Positions 20,054 through 28,343 of a stretch of DNA of 64,000 nucleotides are shown here, piece by piece. The translations under genes and the position numbers were made by a program. The DNA lies in NCBI GenBank assembly GCA_041737595.1, contig JBGSRK010000010.1:46393-110392 (forward strand). The letters are read 5' to 3'. Within the stretch, counting starts at the first letter, position 1. Each line of letters begins with the position of its first letter. The notes beneath the pieces were generated by a model. The model was not told the origin of the DNA. It worked only from the letters and a program-made list of their open reading frames with translations, and searched no databases. Origin of the DNA: Patescibacteria group bacterium (GTDB lineage: Bacteria; Patescibacteriota; CPR2; UBA1875).

Positions 20054-20719
20054 TTATTTTTTAGCAATAATTAGAACACTAGTATTACAGTAAACTAATT
20101 TTTTTGTAATAACATTTAGCCCACTATTATTAATGGCTTCGATTATTTCGTCTTTTTTATATATTCTAATATTTTTCGGATTAACTAAAAATATATTTAA
20201 CAAAAAAACTAAAATTAGACCTGGAGTATATATAATAATTTTAGGGATATATTTAGCCTTAATCCCAGTTAATGAACATTTTATAATTTTTAAAATATTA
20301 TTTTCAATTGAACTGGTTATTACTAATTCTCCATTTTCTGTTAATAATGAGTTAATTTCTAAAAAAAATTTATTTATATCATCTACCCCTATTAGAGAAT
20401 TTATTGAAATTATTTTTTCAAATTTTTTATTTAATGGATAATGATATTTATTCATATCATGGATAATAAAACTACCTTTTTTGATTTTTTTCTTCGATAT
20501 TTTAACCATCTGTTTTGAACTATCCATCATAGTAAAATTGCCAGTATCACCATATAATCTTTCAAAATTACCAGTACCTGAACCAATATCTAACACATTT
20601 TCATTGGAGTTTATATTTGAAGCAATAAATATGTTATTTAATAATTGATTATAAGAGGGTAACGCTAATAAAGAATTATATAAATATGAATAAACATGCC
20701 ATAAATATTTTTCTTTCAT
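20054..20719 (-). CDS. class I SAM-dependent methyltransferase
   Basis: Motif I VLDIGSGTGNF. Overlaps the ThiF-like gene by 4 nt (likely co-translated). Confidence 0.6.
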   Translation of the reverse strand: MKEKYLWHVYSYLYNSLLALPSYNQLLNNIFIASNINSNENVLDIGSGTGNFERLYGDTGNFTMMDSSKQMVKISKKKIKKGSFIIHDMNKYHYPLNKKFEKIISINSLIGVDDINKFFLEINSLLTENGELVITSSIENNILKIIKCSLTGIKAKYIPKIIIYTPGLILVFLLNIFLVNPKNIRIYKKDEIIEAINNSGLNVITKKLVYCNTSVLIIAKK

Positions 20720-21531
20720 TTTTTTAATAACTCATAAAAATCAATTTCATAATATTCTGGGGTGATTTTTAATTCTTTTTTATACACAAATTGTTTTATT
20801 ATAGCCATCTCAATAAGAGATGCTGCGGCCGTAACACCTAAACTAGTACTGGGAATATATGTTTCTCTTTTGAATATTTTTTGAGCCAAAGCTTTTGCAG
20901 TATAAGTAGGAATTTTAGGGCAAAACTTATTTATTGGGATTCTATGTTTGTTTATGGCCTCTGTTGTCATTTTTTCTGGTTTTTTTAATCCAATATAATC
21001 TTCAAATTTTATACTTTTATCAGAAAAAACAAATAAATTCGCCCCTAAACCAATTGCTTGAGCCGCAAGAACAATTTTATTATTTTCTCTGGCTACCTTA
21101 TGAAGTAAGTATAAATAGTAAGGCAGATTATATTCTATAGCATCTACAATAATATCTGATTGTACAAATCTTTGTACATTTTCTTCTGACACACCCTCTT
21201 TAAATATCTCTATCTTGAGATTGGGATTTATTTTTTTACAATTATCTAAAATTATATCGATTTTTTTTCTATTTATATTAGTAGAATCCGAAAAAATTTG
21301 TCTATTTAAATTTGAAATTTCAAAAATATCAGGTTCAGCAACTTTAAATTTTTCTATTCCAAGCCGAACAAGTCTTTCAAATAAAATTCCACCCACACCA
21401 CCAAGCCCAGCTATTGATACTGAAATATTTTTTATTTTCTCTTGTTCTTTTTCTGTAAAAACTCCAATATTCCTCTGAAAAATTTCATCATAAGTATATT
21501 TTTGTTTTTTATCGGACTTTTTGTCGGTCAT
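20716..21531 (-). CDS. ThiF/MoeB/HesA-family E1-like adenylyltransferase
   Basis: Rossmann nucleotide loop SIAGLGGVGG and the downstream conserved R..IF.D motif. 271 aa, no rhodanese or peptide-clamp domain visible. AAGGGGGA RBS. Confidence 0.75.
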   Translation of the reverse strand: MTDKKSDKKQKYTYDEIFQRNIGVFTEKEQEKIKNISVSIAGLGGVGGILFERLVRLGIEKFKVAEPDIFEISNLNRQIFSDSTNINRKKIDIILDNCKKINPNLKIEIFKEGVSEENVQRFVQSDIIVDAIEYNLPYYLYLLHKVARENNKIVLAAQAIGLGANLFVFSDKSIKFEDYIGLKKPEKMTTEAINKHRIPINKFCPKIPTYTAKALAQKIFKRETYIPSTSLGVTAAASLIEMAIIKQFVYKKELKITPEYYEIDFYELLKK

Positions 21532-21628
21532 AAATCCCCCTTGCTTTGTGCTTCCATAATAACATAAATGATACTTTCATAAAATTATAAATATAAATAC
21601 AAATTTAAAAGAACTGACCTTATCAAAA

Positions 21629-21653
21629 TTGATGGAAGTCGGACTTCCATCAA
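21629..21653. promoter_or_regulatory. 25-bp perfect palindrome TTGATGGAAGTC-G-GACTTCCATCAA
   Basis: 12-bp arms are exactly reverse-complementary. Lies between the regulator gene stop and the operator element A. Confidence 0.35.
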
Positions 21654-21658
21654 TTTAT

Positions 21659-21712
21659 CTACTTCACTTTATAAAAGCACAAGCAAATTATGTACTTCAC
21701 TTTAGTGACGTA
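21659..21712. promoter_or_regulatory. operator/repeat element copy A (TACTTCACTTTAT…AAGCA…TTATGTACTTCACTTTAGTGACG) ~130 bp upstream of the ThiF-like/MTase operon
   Basis: Shares a 30-40 bp core with copies at 24107-24161 and 24935-24970. Contains the inverted repeat CTTCAC-TTTA-GTGACG. Confidence 0.5.
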
Positions 21713-21746
21713 TCTAAATATTTATATGTTTATTTTTTCTTTTAAT

Positions 21747-22760
21747 TTATTCCGAGGTAGCATGTTTAATCATTACCTCTACTTCTTGACTTGCATTAAT
21801 GTATTTTACTTCTCTTTTCTTGTTTTGATTTGCCCAAACTCTAAAAATCTCATCAGCAAAGCCCTGCCCTATCATTTTTATACCCTTAAAATCTAAAGTT
21901 AAAATATCAAATTTACCAAGACCAAAAAGAATTCTTCTTGCTTGAGATCTGGAAATATAAACTGTATCGTTTTTATAAAGATTTACTTTTATTTCTGTTT
22001 TAGTAAACTTAAATGTTTCAGGATCGGAATACTTATTAAAAACATCAGAGAGATTTTTGATAGCGTCTTTTTTAATAGAAAAAGAAACCCGAGTCCCGCA
22101 TCTTTTTGGGTTAGTAGCAAGAAAAACGTCGGGTATGGTATTATCAAAAATAATTTTATGCCCCGAGCCATATATTATAAATTTATCTGCAATCTTTGAG
22201 GTAAAAAAAATCCCTTCACCCGAATGTGCCTCTGGCGCGGTGGTTTGTTTCCCTTTCATTAAATCTTGTATTGCTTCAATATCTGACTTTAATTTTTTTT
22301 TCTTCCTTATATTATTAAAAATACCAACACCATCATCTGAGATATTAAAATTAATCAGATTATTATCTTTTTCAAATTGAATATTTATTTTTTCAGATTT
22401 TGAATGATCTATCGCATTATTAAGCATTTCGGTAAATGCATAAGTAATAATTTCTTTTGTTTTTTTACTAACATCACTAAACAATGTTTCATCTTTTATT
22501 CTGTCCCAAATAAAATCCTCGCTCAGGTCCTTATTTTTAAATTCCCGCATTAAAACCTTGCTTGCAAAGTTTTTAGAACCAAGAACATAAATAGCTTTGT
22601 TGGCCCTACCAATAAGAGATATTTCACCTAGGCGAACCATTTCACTCATCTTTCGTTGTATATACGCACGACTATAGCCAGTTTCAAGTGTAATATCTGA
22701 AACTTTAATTTGCCCTTTTTCTTTTATTCTCTTCTTTACTATTTCTTTTATTTTTTCCAT
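21747..22760 (-). CDS. putative transcriptional regulator: N-terminal winged HTH + GHKL (HATPase_c-like) ATPase domain + C-terminal STAS-like/DUF4325 region
   Basis: The N-terminal ~70 aa is HTH-like. N-box EMLNNAIDHS, G1 DDGVGI, G2 GEGIFF. Sits centrally among three promoters carrying the shared operator. Confidence 0.55.
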   Translation of the reverse strand: MEKIKEIVKKRIKEKGQIKVSDITLETGYSRAYIQRKMSEMVRLGEISLIGRANKAIYVLGSKNFASKVLMREFKNKDLSEDFIWDRIKDETLFSDVSKKTKEIITYAFTEMLNNAIDHSKSEKINIQFEKDNNLINFNISDDGVGIFNNIRKKKKLKSDIEAIQDLMKGKQTTAPEAHSGEGIFFTSKIADKFIIYGSGHKIIFDNTIPDVFLATNPKRCGTRVSFSIKKDAIKNLSDVFNKYSDPETFKFTKTEIKVNLYKNDTVYISRSQARRILFGLGKFDILTLDFKGIKMIGQGFADEIFRVWANQNKKREVKYINASQEVEVMIKHATSE

Positions 22761-22819
22761 GATTTGTTTACAACTTATTATAATTAGATTTTATATAGTT
22801 GTATATAAGTTGTCAACTA

Positions 22820-23203
22820 TTAAACTTGATTATTAATCTTTTCTTTTAACTTATTCCAAAATAAAAAGGTTGAAATAAAAATCCAACCAATAAAAAGCAC
22901 CCAGAACCACCAAGGAATATTTCGGCCCCAACCAATTACATAAATATATGGCATAACCCAAGCGGCTCGATTAACCACTAATGGGAAAATAAATCCGTTT
23001 TCGGTTAGAATATCTGTAATTTTAAGATTTAAATTTTTGTCTTTATATCTTTTTCTAAAATCTACTGCCTCGCGCAAAAGCCCATACCAACCGAAGTAAT
23101 AGAATGGGACAGAAAATAACATCAAAAAAATAAATATTTTTGGGTCAACATGATATTGGTTAACAGCGAGATCGTTCCATATCTGAATAATATTAATATT
23201 CAT
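22820..23203 (-). CDS. small integral membrane protein (3-4 TM)
   Basis: Hydrophobic segments with W-rich PWWFWVLFIGWIFI. Overlaps the GNAT gene by 11 nt. Confidence 0.45.
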   Translation of the reverse strand: MNINIIQIWNDLAVNQYHVDPKIFIFLMLFSVPFYYFGWYGLLREAVDFRKRYKDKNLNLKITDILTENGFIFPLVVNRAAWVMPYIYVIGWGRNIPWWFWVLFIGWIFISTFLFWNKLKEKINNQV

Positions 23204-23981
23204 CCCTTATGAGCCCCCCTAAACTAACAATAGAACGAACCACAACTTCGTTACCTGGTTTTAAATAATGTTTTGCAAAAATTCGAAGCTTTTTATCTGG
23301 GATATTTTCTGTTTCTCTAAAAATAAGATTCGGCTTATCATCATAAAAACCTATCATTACGTCACCACATCTATCAAGTTTTCGATAAGTTTCACCTGTT
23401 GCTTTAAGATAAAGATTGATCGTTTCCCAAGTTCTATCATCTGCATAATCAATCTTCCCTGTTTTCTCGTCTACTTTATACGGGTTAGGATAAATAAAAT
23501 CAGCCACTTTTGCTAAAGCCCCAATAGTTCTAATATTAGGAGTAATAAAAACAAACTCAATTTTTGTTTTAAAGTGTAATAAATTTTCCATGAATATTTT
23601 AAGGCCAAGAGTAGCATGCATTTTTTTCATAAAGCCAAGCCCTTGATAATCAGGGTCAACAGCCGTAAGCCCAAATGAATACACATATCTTCCATCAATA
23701 TGAATTTTTTTAATCGGGGCTACCCCAATTAGATCATCCTTATTATTTCTTAAAAGCATTAAATATCTTGTATGTAAAATACTGTTTTCCAAATATTTCT
23801 TAGGAAATTTGCCCCAAGCTTTTTCAACCACTTTTGAAATCTCTTCAAGCGCTTCGGATTGATTTTTTTTAGGGATATTGTTTAGCGAATCTTTAATTAT
23901 TTCGGCATAAAAATGAACACTCTCTGCAGAGCGTACCACTCTTAATTCTTTAACATTACTAAATTTAGAATAACGCTTCAT
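23193..23981 (-). CDS. GNAT-family N-acyltransferase-like protein
   Basis: Motif A-like YQGLGFMKKMHA (Q/R-x-x-G-x-G/A) preceded by a beta-strand rich region. 262 aa. Confidence 0.5.
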   Translation of the reverse strand: MKRYSKFSNVKELRVVRSAESVHFYAEIIKDSLNNIPKKNQSEALEEISKVVEKAWGKFPKKYLENSILHTRYLMLLRNNKDDLIGVAPIKKIHIDGRYVYSFGLTAVDPDYQGLGFMKKMHATLGLKIFMENLLHFKTKIEFVFITPNIRTIGALAKVADFIYPNPYKVDEKTGKIDYADDRTWETINLYLKATGETYRKLDRCGDVMIGFYDDKPNLIFRETENIPDKKLRIFAKHYLKPGNEVVVRSIVSLGGLIRDEY

Positions 23982-24106
23982 TAATAATTGCTTTAACCAC
24001 TACATTTTAACATAATTTATTATTTTTTATCATAAAACTTGTAATTCAAAAAAAACTAAAAATCAATTAACTCCATTCACAATAAATGTGTATATACCAC
24101 ACTACT

Positions 24107-24161
24107 ATACTTCACTTTATGAAAGCATAAGCATGTTATGTACTTCGCTTTAGCGAAGTGG
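24107..24161. promoter_or_regulatory. operator/repeat element copy B (…TTATGTACTTCGCTTTAGCGAAGTGG) ~125 bp upstream of the GNAT/membrane-protein operon
   Basis: Inverted repeat CTTCGC-TTTA-GCGAAG. Relative to copies A and C the A:T pair is replaced by G:C in both arms (covariation). Confidence 0.5.
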
Positions 24162-24174
24162 TTAGACAAAAAAA

Positions 24175-24843
24175 TTAAGAAACTTTTTTTCTATATTTTT
24201 TTAGAAAAACTTTAATTGTTTTTGATAAAATCTTTCCAAAGTCTTTTTCTGATTTCGCAATTTTTTCGATATCTTTTCTAAGATTTTGGTGGTTTGGATA
24301 TCCTTTAGACGGTATACTCCATTTTTCAAATTCAGGGTTCAGAAGTACTGTTAGCGCTTCTTTAATATCATGTGCTTGTTGATTTGAAAGACCAGCATCA
24401 AGCATCATCTTCCAATAATATTTATGAACTATAAGATGCATACATTCATGCATCGCAGTTTTATAAAACCAATCTGGACTTGCCCCATAATGGGCATAAA
24501 ATCCCCCATCATCCGAATCATATGGACAACGCATATTAGTTGTAAAAATTACATAAACTTCTTTAAATGGTACTTTTTTACCAGTTATTTTTATAAGAGG
24601 TTCTTCTATATTTTTTGGATTTATGGCAACCTGCATCCATTCAATATATTTTTTTACTGCACCACTCTTATAATATTTATTATTTAAATATGCACGCATT
24701 TTCTTTTTATCATGAGCATCCTTTTTTGTTAGATCTTTGGGCCAATTTTTAAGCCAATCCTGCCCATAGGAACCTGTATTATTTAAGGTTTCTTGCCAAT
24801 TCCAAACATCACTAGATATACTTTCCTTATATATTAATTTCAT
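24175..24843 (-). CDS. hypothetical HExxH protein (possible zinc metallopeptidase)
   Basis: HECMHLIVH motif. 222 aa with a K-rich C-terminus. Strong AAAGGAGA RBS. Confidence 0.45.
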   Translation of the reverse strand: MKLIYKESISSDVWNWQETLNNTGSYGQDWLKNWPKDLTKKDAHDKKKMRAYLNNKYYKSGAVKKYIEWMQVAINPKNIEEPLIKITGKKVPFKEVYVIFTTNMRCPYDSDDGGFYAHYGASPDWFYKTAMHECMHLIVHKYYWKMMLDAGLSNQQAHDIKEALTVLLNPEFEKWSIPSKGYPNHQNLRKDIEKIAKSEKDFGKILSKTIKVFLKKYRKKVS

Positions 24844-24934
24844 TTTATCTCCTTTTACTACTTATAATTATTCTACCACTAATTACTTAAAATATTATAT
24901 TCCTTATCTTAAAAATATAGACCTAGATATTATA

Positions 24935-24970
24935 ACATAAGCATGTTATGTACTTCACTTTAGTGACGTG
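24935..24970. promoter_or_regulatory. operator/repeat element copy C (AACATAAGCATGTTATGTACTTCACTTTAGTGACGTG) overlapping an extended -10 (TGtTATAAT) upstream of the HExxH gene
   Basis: Near-identical to the right half of copy A. In gene sense it sits just upstream of TGTTATAAT. Confidence 0.5.
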
Positions 24971-25008
24971 ACTATATAAATTTTACTAAATATATTTATT
25001 TTTATTCA

Positions 25009-25032
25009 CTTTACTAATGTACATTAGTAAAG
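25009..25032. promoter_or_regulatory. 24-bp perfect palindrome CTTTACTAATGT|ACATTAGTAAAG in the divergent greA / HExxH intergenic region
   Basis: 12-bp arms exactly reverse-complementary with no spacer. Confidence 0.35.
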
Positions 25033-25100
25033 TAGTTAAAAATATTTTTAAAAAAATGAATAAATATCGGTGTTTGTGATAAAATTTATCTACATATTTT

Positions 25101-25571
25101 ATGAACTATTTATATTTAACCCCAGAAGATAAAGATAAGGTCGAAATAAAAATCGACCTGTTAAAACATGAAAAGGAGTTATTTTCACGAAAACTTGGAG
25201 AAGCTGCAGCACACGGTGGGTCATTCCCCCAAGGAATTCCAGAATATGTTGTTCTTGAAAATAAAATTCATCGGTTGGAAGATGAAATGATTTTGCTTAA
25301 AAAAATATTAGATGAATACGAAATTATCGAAATAGAAAAATTACCAAAAAATATTATTACTACTTATTCCAATGTAAAAGCAGAAAATAATGAGAATATA
25401 ACTACCTTTCAAATAATCGAGTCTATAATATCTAAAGAAAAAGATGGAATAAAAATAGTTTCTCCCAAAAGCCCTGTTGGTTCGGCGTTTCTTGGGAAAA
25501 AGAAAGGAGAGGTTGCAAAAGTCAACCTCCCCCAAAAAAACGAGATATATAAAATTCTAGAAATTAATTAA
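25101..25571 (+). CDS. greA: transcription elongation factor GreA
   Basis: N-terminal coiled coil (LTPEDKDKVEIKIDLLKHEKELFSRKLGEAAAHGG) and C-terminal FKBP-like SPKSPVGSAFLGKKKGEVAKV, both GreA/GreB hallmarks. Confidence 0.8.
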   Translation: MNYLYLTPEDKDKVEIKIDLLKHEKELFSRKLGEAAAHGGSFPQGIPEYVVLENKIHRLEDEMILLKKILDEYEIIEIEKLPKNIITTYSNVKAENNENITTFQIIESIISKEKDGIKIVSPKSPVGSAFLGKKKGEVAKVNLPQKNEIYKILEIN

Positions 25572-25577
25572 TCTTTT

Positions 25578-25898
25578 TTATATTTTCCCAATATCATCTG
25601 TCTGAAGTGCTTGATTCATTTCAATAATTCTATTTTTTAATAATTCAAATTCTTCTCGAGCAATGATATCAATATTAGGAACATTATCTACAATATATTT
25701 ATTTGCTTCTTCATTTTTACCTTCAGCAATAATTTTCTCAAGTTCTTTAACTTTTTCTTCAGGTAATTCATCCATAATTCTTGATGAAATTTTTTCTTCT
25801 AAAATCTCTGCGTATTTCTTGCGCATCTCGTCTTTTTCTTCATTACTTAAATGTTCAAGTTTAAGTTCTTTAATTAAATCAAATTTTAGATCTGTCAT
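25578..25898 (-). CDS. hypothetical acidic helical protein
   Basis: 106 aa, E/K-rich, no motif. Confidence 0.35.
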   Translation of the reverse strand: MTDLKFDLIKELKLEHLSNEEKDEMRKKYAEILEEKISSRIMDELPEEKVKELEKIIAEGKNEEANKYIVDNVPNIDIIAREEFELLKNRIIEMNQALQTDDIGKI

Positions 25899-25908
25899 AA
25901 TTCCTCCT

Positions 25909-28290
25909 TTAACCCATTAATGTACCAACCCAAGTTAACGAACCTGCAGGTAATCCAACTGCAATGCCAGCAATGCCCATATTTCTTAATATATGATTTC
26001 TAACAATATTCTCTTCATCATGTCTCTTATCTATAGATCTATCAAAAGTTCTTATAGACTCTAACAATATCTTACTCCTAGCTGCTTCAATTTCTCCAAG
26101 AGTTAATGGGATTTTTTCACCTTTTTTTTCTTGAGCTTTTTTTAGTTCTTTTTTAAGTTTCTCGACTGTAAGCACTTTAAGTCTTTTCGTCATTTCTTCT
26201 ACTTGGTGTTCATAACTTAGTCTATCTTCCTCATGTGCACCTCTTATCGGATGTACACCAGTCCCAATTCTTTCGCCAACTCTTATATTATGTGCAGCCT
26301 GTGCACCAAGTCTTTTATAAATATCATCTTCTGACATTGCATCAATTACTCCAGATTCTTGTTTATGTAATAAACTATCTCTATTTCTATTCCTTGTCTC
26401 AGAGAAGGCGTGAGTTGCAGATGCTGCAGATGTGGCACCAAGTAGCCCAACAACTATTGGTAAACCGCCACTAGCTGTTAGAGTAATGGCTGCACCAGAA
26501 ATAGCAATTGATGCGACAGATGAAATAACTGGATGTTTTCTAATAAAATTTTTCACCTTCCGATAGGCACCACCAAACAAACCTTCATTATCTTCTTTAT
26601 CAGCTTCTTCATTAATTCTGTTTTTACTTTCTTCTTCAAAAAATAATTTTGCGGTTTCTTCGTGAACTAAATCAAAGAAAGATTTTGCCCATTTTTCTAA
26701 TTTTTTATTGTATTGTTCAAGAGTTTCTTTAGGTTTTGGTTTTAATCTTTCCCATTCATCCATTTGCATAGGTCTCTTTGGTTTTATATCTCTTTTTGCA
26801 TTCTCATATTCTTCTATTGTTAATGGTTCTTGAGGTTTTTCATCTTTATGTTTAATTAATGATTTTTCATATTTAGCCACTTTAAGATCAAAATCAATTT
26901 GTGTTTCGTTTACCCCTCTTTTTGGTGGTACTGGTTCACTGCCTTTCCAAGCCTTTAATTTTTTATCATACTCATATGGGTTTCTCGATTCATAATTTTC
27001 TTTCCATTCTTTTTCTCTCAAAGTATATTTATATGGGCTCACATCATCATTAGCTTCTTCCCATTCTTTTAATGTTTTTTCATAAGTCTCTTCTGTTTCT
27101 ATTCTTTCGGGCCTTCTTCCACGTTCACTTCTTTTAGCCCTTGCTAATCCTTCTTGATTCGCATAATTTAGGATACCTGATTCATATTCAACACGAGCAC
27201 GATTTAATTCACCCTGTTTAGCTGGGTTCCAAGTGAATTGTGATCTAAGTTTTCTTTTATCTAAAAGTCTATCAGTATAATTGTTTCTTAGTGTTGAAAT
27301 ATCAATATATCCGCCTGTTTCTCCTGAACTTTCATATAACTTAGTTGCAGTTTCAATTAATGTATAGTTTGTATCATCGATTTTTTCAGTTTCAGACGGT
27401 TCAACAGAATCACCATCTTCACTCCTTGGCTTGTTCCCACTCCCATCATTATCACTATTTTCTCCATCCTCCCCAGTAGTTGCTGGGGGAGTATTATTTG
27501 GGTCTGGTGGAGTTGATGGTTGAATTGGAGGTTGAACAGGCTCTTCGTCTTCATCTTCTTTAGTTTCTTTTTTACCCTCTTCTTCTAAAATTTTATCTAT
27601 AGTTGAAATAGTATCGTTAATCCATTCTAATGTGGTTCTTATTTCAGTTGAAGTCCCTTCGTCTTCGACATGAGATCTTATTAAAATTTGAATCGCAAGA
27701 AGAACTTTTTTCATTTTTTTCGCATCTATCATATCTTCTACAAATTCAGCGGGGTTATTACTAATTTGTTCTAACTTAGCCAATAAACTTTTGACCCCTT
27801 TGGGAGAAATTTCAGTTAATACTTTTAATATTTCTTCTGATAGAAATTCACCACCTTTGGCTTTTTCACCTTTTTCTTCTACTTCTTTAGCCTCTTTTTC
27901 TGCTCGTTCTTTTGCTATAATTTCATCTAATTTCTCTTTTTGAGCCTTTTCCATTTCTCTTTTTGCAGCATTTTCTTGTCTTTGAGTTACTTCAAAAAAT
28001 GGTCTTATTTCACCAACTCTATCCCCAGTTTCATCTATAATATCTCCTATACGCGCGCCTCCACGTACTAAAGAATCATTCGATTTTATTCTAGAATTAA
28101 TTTGATTTCTAGTTTGTTCGACTGTCATATCTGACTGCTCGGCAATTTCTTGAACATTGGTTGCACCTAAACCTTCGGCAGTTTTAAAATCATCACCAAA
28201 CTCTCCATTATGCATAGAGTCTGTATATTGAGTAGTTGGAGACTTATCTCCTCCCCCCTCTAATTCATGATATGAAATAACTTCGCTCAT
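25909..28290 (-). CDS. large hypothetical acidic protein with Pro-rich linker and two C-terminal hydrophobic hairpins
   Basis: 793 aa. Long E/K/D-rich coiled-coil-like regions, PPIQPSTPPDPNNTPPATT linker, and C-terminal TM-like AISGAAITLTASGGLPIVVGLLG and GIAGIAVGLPAGSLTWVG. Confidence 0.4.
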   Translation of the reverse strand: MSEVISYHELEGGGDKSPTTQYTDSMHNGEFGDDFKTAEGLGATNVQEIAEQSDMTVEQTRNQINSRIKSNDSLVRGGARIGDIIDETGDRVGEIRPFFEVTQRQENAAKREMEKAQKEKLDEIIAKERAEKEAKEVEEKGEKAKGGEFLSEEILKVLTEISPKGVKSLLAKLEQISNNPAEFVEDMIDAKKMKKVLLAIQILIRSHVEDEGTSTEIRTTLEWINDTISTIDKILEEEGKKETKEDEDEEPVQPPIQPSTPPDPNNTPPATTGEDGENSDNDGSGNKPRSEDGDSVEPSETEKIDDTNYTLIETATKLYESSGETGGYIDISTLRNNYTDRLLDKRKLRSQFTWNPAKQGELNRARVEYESGILNYANQEGLARAKRSERGRRPERIETEETYEKTLKEWEEANDDVSPYKYTLREKEWKENYESRNPYEYDKKLKAWKGSEPVPPKRGVNETQIDFDLKVAKYEKSLIKHKDEKPQEPLTIEEYENAKRDIKPKRPMQMDEWERLKPKPKETLEQYNKKLEKWAKSFFDLVHEETAKLFFEEESKNRINEEADKEDNEGLFGGAYRKVKNFIRKHPVISSVASIAISGAAITLTASGGLPIVVGLLGATSAASATHAFSETRNRNRDSLLHKQESGVIDAMSEDDIYKRLGAQAAHNIRVGERIGTGVHPIRGAHEEDRLSYEHQVEEMTKRLKVLTVEKLKKELKKAQEKKGEKIPLTLGEIEAARSKILLESIRTFDRSIDKRHDEENIVRNHILRNMGIAGIAVGLPAGSLTWVGTLMG

Positions 28291-28343
28291 TAACCCCCTT
28301 TTGGTATAAGTATTATAAGATAATTAGTATAAAAAAGAAATGT

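Noticed and set aside
21532-21570. Small ORF MEAQSKGDL ending in the ThiF start (ATGA overlap) as a possible MccA-like precursor peptide
   Set aside because: It has no RBS of its own and does not end in Asn, as MccB substrates do. The ThiF SD (AAGGGGGA) lies inside it. Most likely chance.
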